Source: a virus
Lineage: Duplodnaviria > Caudoviricetes
Virus record (IMG/VR): IMGVR_UViG_3300027419_000032
Coordinates: 1,375-65,374 of that record
DNA length: 64,000 bases
Reading direction: 5' to 3' (one strand)
A program made the translations under genes and the position numbers. Shown piece by piece: positions 28,425 to 38,685 of this stretch. Positions within the stretch are counted from its first letter, which is position 1. Every line of letters begins with the position of its first letter. Below the pieces are notes generated by a model, which was not told the origin of the DNA, searched no databases, and worked only from the letters and a program-made list of their open reading frames with translations.

Positions 28425-29993
28425 TTGATGTTGTTTAAAGCTGCCCTTGATAAATCTAGTATTTTAGTAGAAAATTCTACCGATGGGCCATTAAATGTTA
28501 AAATTTTAGCAATCACTCCTGGGACCATGCTTCCTCTTAGAGACGAAGCGGGTAACGTAGCCGCGCAGTTTGAGGCAACCGAGGATTTAATTAAAGATGC
28601 GATTTCAAGAAGCCGTGGTGGTTTACTGAATGTCGATCATGCCGATCCGATAAATAGTCGCGTGGGTATTTTCTCTAAAGTTATATATGATGGCGGATTT
28701 TTAGCTTCCGCGCAGATATTGTGCCCAAAATGGGCAAAAATTGTGGCTTCTGGGGAAGATTCCTATTCTGGTTTGTCGGTGGAAGGTTCCATTACTGGTA
28801 GCGACATGGAGCATCCTGAATCGATTGATATTTATTCCATTTCCCTCTTGTCCAACGAAAAAAGCCCCCAAGGCGGGGCATGTGATAGAGATCATTGCAA
28901 GATTGAAGTTGTTCAAGATGAAGATTCTATTGAATCACAGAAGATAGAAGCTGCATGGTCTCCAAATTATGACGCCTTTTGGTCTTATATTGAAACCGAT
29001 GGGAAAATAAATCAGTCGAAAGCTAAAAAAGTTTTTCTAAAGAAAACTGGAGATGGATCTAATCGAACTGATTGGCATTACCCATTTGTTCATATAACAA
29101 ATGAAGGTAGTCCTGAGCTAGATTCTGAAGGTTTGATGGCAGCATATAAAAGAGCCGCACAGCAGGGTGAGACCGGATTATTCTCTAAAATTAGATCTAA
29201 AATGAGAAGTATTGGTATGGAAATTCCAGAAGGGTTAAAAGCTTCAAAAGAAAAACTTGAAGCGTCTTTTGACCAAGATACTCAAACTTTTTCTGCGAAA
29301 ATTATTAATGAGGATGACGAAGTTTTATCCGAAAAACAAATTATAATTATAGATGATTCTATTCAAGGTGATTTAAAAATGCCTAAGAAAGAGCCAAAGG
29401 CCGAAGATGTTACCGAGGCGGAAACTAAAATCGAAGCAAAGGCTGCTGAGGTTAAGGAATCTCCCGAAGTAAAGATCGAGGCTGAAGCCGAGATTAAAGC
29501 CGAAACCACAAGTGCTCCATTAGTGCCCACTGAGGTAAAGGCTGATGTTCCCCCAGTGGTTCCTGTTGAACCTATGCTTGATTGGGGACTTGTAAAGAAT
29601 ACGCTTGGGATTTCAAGTGTTGATGAATTTACTCAAATAAAGGAAACCGCAGGAAAGGTTCCGGATCTTGAGAAAAAGATTAATGATGTAATTAAAGAGA
29701 ACGAATCTTTGAGGTCTTTTAAGATCGAGACCGAAAAGAAATGGCTGTCTGAGACGTATCCTCCTGGTGTGGTTTCCGATATTGCTGCCGCTCATGCTGA
29801 GTTTAGTAAAGATCCAGCGGCTTTTGTTCAAAAATATGCAGAAGATGCCTATAAATTTAAGGCTGCTGCTAGTGTAAAACTTCAAGGTTCCGCTGCGGAG
29901 TCTGAGGTCTCAGAAGAAGTAAGAAAGATGCAGGCCCGGAAGGCAAAGCGCGACGGGTTTCTCAGCGCAACTGGTGGACCAGTTGTTAGATAA
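28425..29993 (+). CDS. putative prohead protease/scaffold fusion
   Basis: N-terminal LNVDH...GLSVEG...ISLL (HK97/U35-like His/Ser pattern); low-complexity linker; C-terminal coiled coil; upstream of capsid genes. Confidence 0.7.
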   Translation: MMLFKAALDKSSILVENSTDGPLNVKILAITPGTMLPLRDEAGNVAAQFEATEDLIKDAISRSRGGLLNVDHADPINSRVGIFSKVIYDGGFLASAQILCPKWAKIVASGEDSYSGLSVEGSITGSDMEHPESIDIYSISLLSNEKSPQGGACDRDHCKIEVVQDEDSIESQKIEAAWSPNYDAFWSYIETDGKINQSKAKKVFLKKTGDGSNRTDWHYPFVHITNEGSPELDSEGLMAAYKRAAQQGETGLFSKIRSKMRSIGMEIPEGLKASKEKLEASFDQDTQTFSAKIINEDDEVLSEKQIIIIDDSIQGDLKMPKKEPKAEDVTEAETKIEAKAAEVKESPEVKIEAEAEIKAETTSAPLVPTEVKADVPPVVPVEPMLDWGLVKNTLGISSVDEFTQIKETAGKVPDLEKKINDVIKENESLRSFKIETEKKWLSETYPPGVVSDIAAAHAEFSKDPAAFVQKYAEDAYKFKAAASVKLQGSAAESEVSEEVRKMQARKAKRDGFLSATGGPVVR

Positions 29994-30016
29994 TTAATAT
30001 TCAAGGTGATTTATAA

Positions 30017-30661
30017 ATGGCTACTATATATGACAGTTTAGCACTCAAAACCGTAACCAATCAGGCTCAGACCGCTGTTGGATCTCCCATAATTTTAGAT
30101 TGTTGGTTTGAGGAGAGCGACATAACCGTTTCTTCCGCAAAGTCTCACTCTCTTGGCGGAGTAATGCTTGATAGGCCTCTTTATACTTGGGCTTCTCAGG
30201 TAACTTATGCGGACAATCCGCAGTCGCCGGACTTTGTGTCTCCCGCTCCTCAGAATGCAGAATATACTTATGCAAAGTTGTATGGTAAACCAATTCTTGT
30301 TCTTGCCAGTTCTATAACTTCTGGAACTACGCCCATAGTTGGCGTTCTCGGAAACGATCTATTAGGTCCTGTTTCCATTCCCGCAACTTCCGGCGCTGCC
30401 GACTCCGTTGCAAAAAGAGTTGCTGGTAGGTATCTCAGGCACGGACAGTGTACCCTCTTTGGAATGGCTTATTACCCTGTCGCAGTTGATGCTACCACCG
30501 ACATTGATGTTGGAGTTCATCTGGTCTACGATAAGAGTTCTGGATTGTTCAAGTATCAGGCCGCAGGAACTTCTCCTGTGATTGCGATGCACGCTGCCAC
30601 AGACGCAAGTGGTCAGTATGTCGGCGCTTTGTTCTATGGTTGCCCCGAGGCTGAAACTTAA
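30017..30661 (+). CDS. putative capsid decoration/cement protein
   Basis: located between scaffold and MCP; beta-rich C-terminal half. Confidence 0.6.
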   Translation: MATIYDSLALKTVTNQAQTAVGSPIILDCWFEESDITVSSAKSHSLGGVMLDRPLYTWASQVTYADNPQSPDFVSPAPQNAEYTYAKLYGKPILVLASSITSGTTPIVGVLGNDLLGPVSIPATSGAADSVAKRVAGRYLRHGQCTLFGMAYYPVAVDATTDIDVGVHLVYDKSSGLFKYQAAGTSPVIAMHAATDASGQYVGALFYGCPEAET

Positions 30662-30685
30662 AATTATATTTGAGGTGAATTAACG

Positions 30686-31648
30686 ATGGCAAGCAAACCA
30701 AATACCGATCTTTATCAGAATCGTGAAACTATTAGCGATCTTATTCGCGAATTCATGGTTCCAAACATGCCCATGCTTTTCAAATATCCTTTCAAGGAGA
30801 TAAGCACTCAGGCAATTATTGCAAAGAGAAAGAGTTATACTGCAGATACAGACCCAAAGAAGATTGAACCCTCTCTTGGTGGAACTCGTGAAACTGCATG
30901 GAACAACGTTTCGATTAGTCTCGGTGATCAGGTCCCCATTAATACTGCTATCAGAAAGGCGGGAACGGCGTTTAAGAATGCTGATCTTAATAATCCCGCC
31001 TTTGAGTCTGATGTGAGAGATGTATATACTGAAATGGCGTGGGTAATCTCCGATCAGATAAATACAGATATCTTTACCCAACTTACTGCTGGAGCGGATG
31101 CATCTACAACTAACATAACCGCGAAAGCTGGCGGAGTGTGGTCTGGAGCGGCAGATCCTCTTGGTGATATTAGAGCGATCGCCCAAGATATTCGTGCAAA
31201 TCGTGGTTTTAAACTTGATACAGTAGTTGTAAATGCTACAAACTACTTTGAGTTCTTTGATCATGTGGAAACGAACGATGCAGATATGAATTACGCCAGA
31301 GAAAAGGTAGCCTCTCAGCGTCAGTTTTATGAGATGGTTACTTATATTAAGAACATTGGATGTACCCTTATTGGTGTAGACGAGGGGATTTCTGAGTCTA
31401 ATATTCTTGGTATTGGTACATACATGGGTACGCCCGCATATGAAACCTTCTCCTACCACGATCCAGATTACAATGTCCAGCCTATTGCGGACGGCGCTAA
31501 TCAAGGTCTCGGAGCTGCTAATATTCCCCTGAATATAAACACTTTCGATTCTGTTGACGGATTTGAACACAATGTTTACTCTTGGGTTGACTCTGTAACT
31601 CACGTAGCCAGACCGAAGGGTATTCTCTATAAGACTAGTGTAATTTAA
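30686..31648 (+). CDS. major capsid protein (HK97-fold, inferred)
   Basis: 320 aa; position; WSGAADPLGDI...LDTVVVN pattern; terminal hairpin. Confidence 0.8.
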   Translation: MASKPNTDLYQNRETISDLIREFMVPNMPMLFKYPFKEISTQAIIAKRKSYTADTDPKKIEPSLGGTRETAWNNVSISLGDQVPINTAIRKAGTAFKNADLNNPAFESDVRDVYTEMAWVISDQINTDIFTQLTAGADASTTNITAKAGGVWSGAADPLGDIRAIAQDIRANRGFKLDTVVVNATNYFEFFDHVETNDADMNYAREKVASQRQFYEMVTYIKNIGCTLIGVDEGISESNILGIGTYMGTPAYETFSYHDPDYNVQPIADGANQGLGAANIPLNINTFDSVDGFEHNVYSWVDSVTHVARPKGILYKTSVI

Positions 31649-31659
31649 ACACTAGTCTT
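31631..31659 (+). terminator. 11-bp stem-loop over the MCP stop codon
   Basis: AAGACTAGTGT-aatttaa-ACACTAGTCTT. Confidence 0.7.
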
Positions 31660-31690
31660 CCTATGACTATTTTTGGAGGAACTTATTTTC

Positions 31691-32110
31691 ATGTACGAAA
31701 AGAAAAAGAAAGAGGAACCAACTGAACTACAAACTAAAGAACCCCTTAAACAGGATATCCAAGTAACTAAAGCTCAAACCTCTACCGGTAATTATATCTT
31801 ACGTCTTGACGGACTTGTGTCCCAGATCCAAAAAGAACTCGAAAAAGTTCCTGCCGGTGATATCCCCGTAAAGGTGCTTCATGAGGCCGCAGACATTCAT
31901 ACTTTTGGGAGACAAACCTATTTGTTTTTCATGGAAAAGTCTAAGAATCTTGGCGAGAAGATACTCCTGGTCGATGCCGTAGGTCTTGAAGAGCTGAGCA
32001 GGAAGGTTACGGAGGTTTACGGGAAATACAGACTTATAGATGTGGTTTCTCAGCCTGTAAATAAGAGACCGCAGAGTAAGAAGATTTATCTTGCAATATT
32101 TGTTGGATAA
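31691..32110 (+). CDS. hypothetical morphogenesis-region protein
   Basis: ORF 31673-32110; likely start at ATG 31691 after GGAGG. Confidence 0.7.
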   Translation: MYEKKKKEEPTELQTKEPLKQDIQVTKAQTSTGNYILRLDGLVSQIQKELEKVPAGDIPVKVLHEAADIHTFGRQTYLFFMEKSKNLGEKILLVDAVGLEELSRKVTEVYGKYRLIDVVSQPVNKRPQSKKIYLAIFVG

Positions 32111-32239
32111 TTAAAAGACGCGAATAGATTAGAAACATTAACTTTCATTGATCAAAATCGGAATTCGCTTCCAAAAAGAGGTTGTCCGTTCATGAAGGTT
32201 TTAATTCTGATCTATTTTAATTATAAAGGATGACCATAA

Positions 32240-32749
32240 ATGACCGTGGCAACTGTTGATAAGTACGTGAGTGTTTATTGGAGCACTCTTAAGGATTCTT
32301 TAGATGCGGTTGATGTCGCTATTTATGCCGATCTAGTTGCTAACGCCGCAGTTACTATCGAGTTGTTTGATTACTCATTTTTAACCGCAGCGCAAATTAA
32401 TCAGGCTCAGGCGCTATTGGTGTGTATAGATGCCGCGGAATTTTTATCTATAGGAGGGAATAGTAATGAGAAGTACTATAGTTCGTGGAAAGTGTATGAT
32501 CGCACTCTTAAAAAAGACATTGGACTAGATCCTTTTACTGGGGCTTTTTGTCGCCTTCTTAAAATAACTTTCAAAGAATATAGTAGCAAAACTTCCGCAA
32601 CCAGAAGTGTGATTTATACCAAAACCAAGAGCAATAGCATATATCTTTCCCAAAATTTGGACCAGCGAGCCCAGGTATTTAAGGATTACGAATTGAGCGA
32701 TCTTGCGACTGAACGTAAATCTTATCCATTGGATAATCGTTTTCTTTAG
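32240..32749 (+). CDS. putative head-tail adaptor
   Basis: helical 169-aa protein downstream of the MCP. Confidence 0.55.
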   Translation: MTVATVDKYVSVYWSTLKDSLDAVDVAIYADLVANAAVTIELFDYSFLTAAQINQAQALLVCIDAAEFLSIGGNSNEKYYSSWKVYDRTLKKDIGLDPFTGAFCRLLKITFKEYSSKTSATRSVIYTKTKSNSIYLSQNLDQRAQVFKDYELSDLATERKSYPLDNRFL

Positions 32750-32834
32750 ACTTTTATTTTTTTTTAAAAATTTCGATCGACAACTTTATATACTTTTCCG
32801 TCTTACATTAAGAATATATTAGGAGGACTATTCT

Positions 32835-32990
32835 ATGAATACCAAATTGCAAGAAGAATCTTTTACGTTTAGACTCTCGGGGATTATCAGGAATAAATTA
32901 GAGGCTCTCGCAGGAAAAGAAGGAATGAGTACGGCGGCGTATTTAAGGCACTTTATAACGACCGAATATGACAAGAAGATAAATATTTAA
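32835..32990 (+). CDS. ribbon-helix-helix regulator
   Basis: manual translation MNTKLQEESFTFRLSGIIRNKLEALAGKEGMSTAAYLRHFITTEYDKKINI; AGGAGG RBS. Confidence 0.75.
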   Translation: MNTKLQEESFTFRLSGIIRNKLEALAGKEGMSTAAYLRHFITTEYDKKINI

Positions 32991-33006
32991 TTTTTAGTGA
33001 AAATTT

Positions 33007-34167
33007 ATGATAGAAAGAGTTTGTTTATTTTGTAAGAAAACTTTTAATGTCCGACCAAGTGTAATAAAAGATGGCGGAGGTAAATTTTGCTCAAAACAAT
33101 GTTTTGATAGATCTAGAGAAGTTATTATCAAATGTTTGTGTTGCGGAAAAGAGTTTTATACTAAGCGATCAGAAAAAGATAGAAAATTTTGTAGTAGAGA
33201 ATGTCGAATGAGGCACGCAAAAGAAAACCGTGACCCGGCGCGGTATCTTAAATGTTTACACTGTGAAAAAGAATTTTATGTTAAGCCGGGCGAGATAAGT
33301 ATTAGAAAATTTTGCAGTCATGAGTGTTGTTATAATTATAAAATAGAAAATTATGATCACTTACAACACGAAAATAATTGTATATGTAAACAATGCGGGA
33401 AAGAATTTTATAAATATCCATCAGTGATTAAGGTTTGTGGAGATCGTTTTTGTTCTAAAGAATGTCACGTCAATTTTCAAAGAGGCGGAATGTCGGATGA
33501 AGATCGTTCCGTTAAATGTTTAAATTGTGGAAAAGAATTTCTTGCAAGTCCTGCGGAAATCAAAAGAGACAGAAGGTTCTGTTCTAAAAAATGTTTTTAC
33601 GAAGAACACGGAAAGATTGAAAAGATTTGTGAGCACTGCGGTAAAATATTTTATATAAGGCCCAGCAAAGAAAAAGACGGATGTGGAAAATTTTGCTCTA
33701 AGAAGTGTTTTTACGATGAACATAAGAAAATAAAATTAACTTGCGAGGTTTGCGGGAAGGAATTTTGGGAAGGTTCAAGTCGAAGCGACGTAAGGAGATT
33801 TTGCTCAAGGAAATGTAGTATTGAGGGAATGTTGATCGGAGATAAAAATCACAATTGGAGGGGCGGAAAACGCATTTTATATTGTGAATTATTTAATAAT
33901 AAATTTAAAGAGAAAATTAGAGAAAAATTTGATAGAAAGTGTTTTATTTGCGGCGAACATGAAGAGGAAAACATAAAGAGACTGAGCGTGCATCATATTG
34001 ATTATTTCAAAGCGTCGATTTGTCGAGGTAAAGATTGGGCGTTTGTTCCACTCTGCATGAGTTGCCATTCTCAGACGAATTATAACCGTTATTTTTGGTT
34101 TAACCTTTTAATAAGTTATTGGACCAGCAATCCTGAAATTCATCTAAACGATGGCTTCGGGATCTAA
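33007..34167 (+). CDS. HNH endonuclease with about nine CxxCGKEF...FCSxxC zinc-binding repeats
   Basis: repeats read directly; C-terminal CFICG...LSVHHIDY...LCMSCH, same family as 27546. Confidence 0.88.
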   Translation: MIERVCLFCKKTFNVRPSVIKDGGGKFCSKQCFDRSREVIIKCLCCGKEFYTKRSEKDRKFCSRECRMRHAKENRDPARYLKCLHCEKEFYVKPGEISIRKFCSHECCYNYKIENYDHLQHENNCICKQCGKEFYKYPSVIKVCGDRFCSKECHVNFQRGGMSDEDRSVKCLNCGKEFLASPAEIKRDRRFCSKKCFYEEHGKIEKICEHCGKIFYIRPSKEKDGCGKFCSKKCFYDEHKKIKLTCEVCGKEFWEGSSRSDVRRFCSRKCSIEGMLIGDKNHNWRGGKRILYCELFNNKFKEKIREKFDRKCFICGEHEEENIKRLSVHHIDYFKASICRGKDWAFVPLCMSCHSQTNYNRYFWFNLLISYWTSNPEIHLNDGFGI

Positions 34168-34171
34168 ACTT

Positions 34172-34194
34172 TTTATTTAATTCATTTTTTTAAA
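34172..34194 (+). promoter_or_regulatory. conserved late-gene motif
   Basis: TTTATTTAATTCATTTTTTTAAA before the metacaspase. Confidence 0.65.
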
Positions 34195-34230
34195 TTTTGT
34201 ATTTAATATTAACATATTAAATTAATCATA

Positions 34231-35064
34231 ATGATTTTCCCCTTCGAGCAATCTTCTTTTAAAAAACCTTCTGGTGTTGAACGATTGATTCACGTTGGAA
34301 GTGGCGGACCCACAAAAACTGCTATTTGCATAGGAATAAATAAATATCCACCAGGATATTTATCATTGACAAAATGTGTAGATGACGCAAAAGCGTGGCA
34401 GGCTCTTTTAACTCAAATGGGATTTAAGTGTACTATGCTTTTGGATGAAGCGGCAACTAAAGCGAATATAATATCTACTATAACCTCTGTTATTGCAAAA
34501 AACCGCAAGGCTGGATCATTAATTGTTATTACTAACTCTTCTCACGGATCTCAAGTAATAGACACATCTGGCGAAGAACAAGATAATTACGACGAAGTGT
34601 TATGTCCGACGAACTGGCCCCAGTTCATTCGGGATGACGATTTACGGGGAATTTTTAATGGTCTCGCCGATAACGTTTCTCTGACAGTAGTCCTTGATTG
34701 CTGCCATTCTGGTACTGGGTCGAGGGATATCGGTTTTCTTCCCGACGGAGTTTTAGCTATTCGGTCCCTTCCTCCGCTTATCAGAAAAAGAACAAAAAAA
34801 GAATCAACTTCGGTCTCCCGTAGTTTCGTCGTAGTCCCTACTCTAAATCATGTTCTTGTTGCAGCTTGTAAAGATTCTGAAGTTTCTTATGAATTAAGCG
34901 TCGGCGGAGCGCTTACTTATTATACAATTCAAGCTATAAAACTTGGTTATAATAGACAACAAATGATCGATTATGTACAATCTAAAATTTCCGGATTGGG
35001 TTTAATCCAAACTCCCCAACTTGAGTGTACACAGACTGCAAAATTGCAGCAGCCTTTATCGTGA
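34231..35064 (+). CDS. metacaspase (peptidase C14 family)
   Basis: AICIGINKYP...CVDDA; SSHGSQ (His105); DEVLCP; DCCHSG (Cys158); AACKDSEVS; GALT. Confidence 0.92.
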   Translation: MIFPFEQSSFKKPSGVERLIHVGSGGPTKTAICIGINKYPPGYLSLTKCVDDAKAWQALLTQMGFKCTMLLDEAATKANIISTITSVIAKNRKAGSLIVITNSSHGSQVIDTSGEEQDNYDEVLCPTNWPQFIRDDDLRGIFNGLADNVSLTVVLDCCHSGTGSRDIGFLPDGVLAIRSLPPLIRKRTKKESTSVSRSFVVVPTLNHVLVAACKDSEVSYELSVGGALTYYTIQAIKLGYNRQQMIDYVQSKISGLGLIQTPQLECTQTAKLQQPLS

Positions 35065-35071
35065 GGTTATC

Positions 35072-35455
35072 ATGGATGACGAGTTTATTTATGCGGAATT
35101 AAGAAATATTTCAACCAAACAAAGCAGTATAGAGTCTATGGTGACTGGACTTAAGGAAAATATGGATAAGATATGTGATTGGAAAGACGATGTTCTTCCG
35201 ACTCTTCAAACTTGCAAAGATTATATGGTAAAAAGAGCGGACCTGCCAGATAAAATAGTAAAACTAGAAAGAGGACAAGAGAGATTGGAAGAAAAATTAG
35301 GGACTGAAGAAGGTCTTAATAAAATTACGCGCAAAGATGTCAAATTTTTGATGGGGTGTTACTTTAAAATAGCGGGTATTATTGGTTTTCTTCTGATTAT
35401 TAATATAATACTTGGATTAATTAAAAATATATCAGATATTCGGGGGCTGTTGTAA
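35072..35455 (+). CDS. coiled-coil protein with C-terminal TM helix (XhlA/holin-like)
   Basis: heptad region followed by IAGIIGFLLIINIILGLI. Confidence 0.6.
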   Translation: MDDEFIYAELRNISTKQSSIESMVTGLKENMDKICDWKDDVLPTLQTCKDYMVKRADLPDKIVKLERGQERLEEKLGTEEGLNKITRKDVKFLMGCYFKIAGIIGFLLIINIILGLIKNISDIRGLL

Positions 35456-35820
35456 TGCCAGGGGTGGGTTTAGTGGTAATTAACATTATTTTGTCTCTTA
35501 TTTCTATTATAGTGATTATTTATGCGTTTATTTCTGGAAAAAGATTGCACTCCTTCGTCATGAAAGCTTTGATTGTGTCTGTTTTGTTATCTACGTGTGT
35601 TGCACAAGAAAACGATAGTTTTGTTGGTGATACGAGGCCACTTGTCCTGCCAGATGGATTTTTAAAGGGGACTAAGGTCATAGAGAGTGATATGAAAGAA
35701 ATTATAGATTATTTTACAGAAGACGATTTATGGAGACAATCTGTATATGAGTTTTTGTATGGAGACGCGAGCGTGGGCGCGAATGCGAACTTAACAAATA
35801 ATACAAATTTAACAGCATAA
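35455..35820 (+). CDS. membrane/secreted protein
   Basis: two N-terminal hydrophobic segments; several N-x-S/T sequons. Confidence 0.6.
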   Translation: MPGVGLVVINIILSLISIIVIIYAFISGKRLHSFVMKALIVSVLLSTCVAQENDSFVGDTRPLVLPDGFLKGTKVIESDMKEIIDYFTEDDLWRQSVYEFLYGDASVGANANLTNNTNLTA

Positions 35821-35821
35821 T

Positions 35822-35844
35822 TTTATTTAATTAATAATTTTAAA
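35822..35844 (+). promoter_or_regulatory. late-gene motif variant
   Basis: TTTATTTAATTAATAATTTTAAA. Confidence 0.5.
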
Positions 35845-35889
35845 TATCATACCCAAAACTATTTATACTTTCAACCTAATTAGAGATTC

Positions 35890-36324
35890 ATGAGCCATTT
35901 AAAAGTGGATAAATCCTTCTTCTCTGAACCGAAGAAGGTTAGAGTTGATGGAAGGAATGAGAAAACAGCACTTGATCTGAAGGATGCGCTGACTCTTTTT
36001 GGGCAATTTGACGTTTTAAGTAGAATTAAATTTCTTCATGTAAAGGCACAAATTGATTTTCTTGGTAAAACATCGAATTATGATTACCCTTTTCCTCATT
36101 ATAGGATTAATATGTCTGTTTTATCATCTCTTCCTGATCGTATAGGCTACGTGGATGACCTTGAATTCCATTTGGAGATACTTCCGTTATATCAAGAGGA
36201 AGGATGGAACAGAGAGGAACGATACAACAAACTAATTGATTTGAGAGATGATTTAGTTAATAAACTAAACATCCTTGATTCATTAAGAACAACTCTTTTT
36301 AAGTGGGAAGATGTGAGGGTTTAA
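35890..36324 (+). CDS. hypothetical protein
   Basis: 144-aa ORF. Confidence 0.75.
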   Translation: MSHLKVDKSFFSEPKKVRVDGRNEKTALDLKDALTLFGQFDVLSRIKFLHVKAQIDFLGKTSNYDYPFPHYRINMSVLSSLPDRIGYVDDLEFHLEILPLYQEEGWNREERYNKLIDLRDDLVNKLNILDSLRTTLFKWEDVRV

Positions 36325-36327
36325 TTT

Positions 36328-36978
36328 ATGTGGGAAGTTACGTATAGCAAAAATCCGTCGATTGAAGACGAATTAACTTTGTTTTCGGTGTTTCGTACAC
36401 TTGGAGAGGCAAAGTATTTGCAAATAGAAACCAGAGATGATTTTACCGGGCAAGATAAGTGGATCTATGAAGATAGCACCAAGAAATTGCCACTCTGTTT
36501 TGGAAATTATATCGTTACAGATGGGATAGAACAGTATCGCATTCCTATCTCTCATGAAGAGCGTTATGCCGAAGGCAGGATTAGAACTTATAACCAACTC
36601 GTAAATTTCAAGGATAGAATTTATGCTTGGAAGAATTTTGTGGACAAAGTTTATGATCGGCTAGTTATTAGATCTAAAGAAGTTTCTTTGATGGGAAATG
36701 TTGTCTGGAAAGACGGGGAATTCTTTAAAAATCGACGGAAAGTTCAGGGCGAAATTGACGATAAAATAGCTTTAGACCTCGTATGTAGTATTCCTCCAAT
36801 TAATTCCGTTTTAGATTCTATAAAGAATTTAAGGAGGACGGAAAATATATTTTGGGTAGATAATTTTAACATAGAAGTTGAAGACGAAAAAGATAGAAAG
36901 TGGAACGATGAGACTTTTACTTGGGAAATTGACGGATCTACTTGGAATCCGTTGACTAAGGATTGGGAGAAGATTTAA
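36328..36978 (+). CDS. hypothetical protein
   Basis: 216-aa ORF. Confidence 0.75.
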   Translation: MWEVTYSKNPSIEDELTLFSVFRTLGEAKYLQIETRDDFTGQDKWIYEDSTKKLPLCFGNYIVTDGIEQYRIPISHEERYAEGRIRTYNQLVNFKDRIYAWKNFVDKVYDRLVIRSKEVSLMGNVVWKDGEFFKNRRKVQGEIDDKIALDLVCSIPPINSVLDSIKNLRRTENIFWVDNFNIEVEDEKDRKWNDETFTWEIDGSTWNPLTKDWEKI

Positions 36979-37466
36979 TTTTTTTGGAGGAAATAAACGT
37001 GAAAAATGTTTTTATTAATTTTGAACCCGGAGGGGTGAACGGAAAATCTGGATTTGTTGAAATTAATGGAGAAAAATATAATCTCATTAAAGATAATTGG
37101 ATAGGATTTCCTCCAGAGATGACCGACAGATCCATCGTTTTAAAAACTGTAATTACCAGATTGGTTGAATTAGACCCCGTTTTTAAAAATATTAAAATTA
37201 CACCCGAAGAATTAAACGAAGAGAATGAGATGGATGAAAGAACACTAAAAGTTGGAGTTGGTTTTAGGCGTGATTGGAAAAAGTCAACAAAAACCACGCT
37301 TGAAGTTTATAAAGAACTAGCGGAAAATATTTATCAAAGAATTAGCGTAAAAAGCGAGGCACTAGAAAATATTAGAATTTCCTGTTATATTTTTACTGTG
37401 GATGTTAATTTCCCTGAAATTTGGATCTATATTTGGCTGGATTTTGACGAGAAGAAATTAGAATAA
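36963..37466 (+). CDS. hypothetical protein
   Basis: 167-aa ORF. Confidence 0.7.
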   Translation: MGEDLIFLEEINVKNVFINFEPGGVNGKSGFVEINGEKYNLIKDNWIGFPPEMTDRSIVLKTVITRLVELDPVFKNIKITPEELNEENEMDERTLKVGVGFRRDWKKSTKTTLEVYKELAENIYQRISVKSEALENIRISCYIFTVDVNFPEIWIYIWLDFDEKKLE

Positions 37467-37495
37467 AATTTTAATTTTTTTTAAGAGGTAATTTC

Positions 37496-38641
37496 ATGGT
37501 TAGCGGAGCAGATGTTTCAAAATCTTATAAAAACAAGGAATGGCTTGACGAGCAGATAAATGTACTGGGGAAGAGTCAAGTTTTAATAGCTGAAGAGTGT
37601 GGGGTGAGTCAATCTACAATTAATTCTTGGTTGAAGAAGAGAAATGTTAATAAATTACAGACATTTGAGAACAAAGATAAAACAAGGGAACGTCAAAAGG
37701 AATATCAAAGGGAATATCAAAGGGAATATCGCAAAGAATATCAAAAGAGAAATAATAAATTGAAGAGCGGGATAAAAAGTTATTTATATAAGGATCAAAT
37801 GTGGTTAAAAAATCAAATAGATGTCTTGGGAAAGTCGCAGATTCAGGTGGCAAGAGAATGTGGGGTGAGTAGTTCTACTATTTGCATTTGGTTAAATGGT
37901 AAGGAGGGATATAACGAAAACAAAAGGAAGTATTATGTGAAAAATAAAGAAAGATTGCTAATTAAAGCAAAAAAATATAGAGAAAACAATAAAGAACAAA
38001 TACGCCGAAATAACAAAAAATATGCAGAAAGCCATAAGGAAATTTTGAAAATAAAAAATAGAGATAAATATATTAAAAATTTTTGTGTAATTTCAAAAAA
38101 GGGAAAGATCGCGAGGCTTGAATTAAAAAAGCGAGCTATTAATGAACTTGGGGGAAAGTGTGAAATATGTGGTGAGGCCAGAACAGAATTCTTGACCATT
38201 GATCACATTGATTTATCTGGTGGTTCAGACAGAAAAAATAACCACATGAGCGGTAGGAGTCTTTACGTTGCCATTATAAACAAAAAATATCAAAGATTAG
38301 ACAATTTAAGAGTCCTTTGTTATAATCATAATTGTTCGTGGCAAAGAGAATATATTGATTTGTCTTATGATGAACAGACTTATTATCAAAGGTACAATTT
38401 AAAACTGTGGCTTCGAGCTTATGAATTTTTTGGACCGTGTCCTTGTGGTCAGTCGGAACTAAAATTTTTGACCATATCTCATATCCGCAACGACGGAGCG
38501 GAGCGCAGAAAAAAAGGGGAGTTGAAGGCGACAGGATTACTAAAGAAATTTAAGAAATCATGTTGGCCCGAATCCTTAAAAGAAGACTTTTGCTTAGAGT
38601 GTTTCAATTGTAATTGTTCGCGAGGAAACAGAGACGAATAG
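37496..38641 (+). CDS. tandem-HNH endonuclease with two N-terminal HTH repeats
   Basis: YKNKEWL...CGVSQSTI x2; CEICGE..FLTIDHI...LCYNHN; CPCG..FLTISHI...WPESLKEDFCLEC. Confidence 0.85.
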   Translation: MVSGADVSKSYKNKEWLDEQINVLGKSQVLIAEECGVSQSTINSWLKKRNVNKLQTFENKDKTRERQKEYQREYQREYRKEYQKRNNKLKSGIKSYLYKDQMWLKNQIDVLGKSQIQVARECGVSSSTICIWLNGKEGYNENKRKYYVKNKERLLIKAKKYRENNKEQIRRNNKKYAESHKEILKIKNRDKYIKNFCVISKKGKIARLELKKRAINELGGKCEICGEARTEFLTIDHIDLSGGSDRKNNHMSGRSLYVAIINKKYQRLDNLRVLCYNHNCSWQREYIDLSYDEQTYYQRYNLKLWLRAYEFFGPCPCGQSELKFLTISHIRNDGAERRKKGELKATGLLKKFKKSCWPESLKEDFCLECFNCNCSRGNRDE

Positions 38642-38685
38642 CTACCGATAGGTTTAAATATTATTAGAAATATTAGAATTCTATT

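Noticed and set aside
30680-31603. 307-aa minus-strand ORF
   Set aside because: Exactly antisense to the MCP; no motif, RBS or minus-strand context. Shadow ORF.
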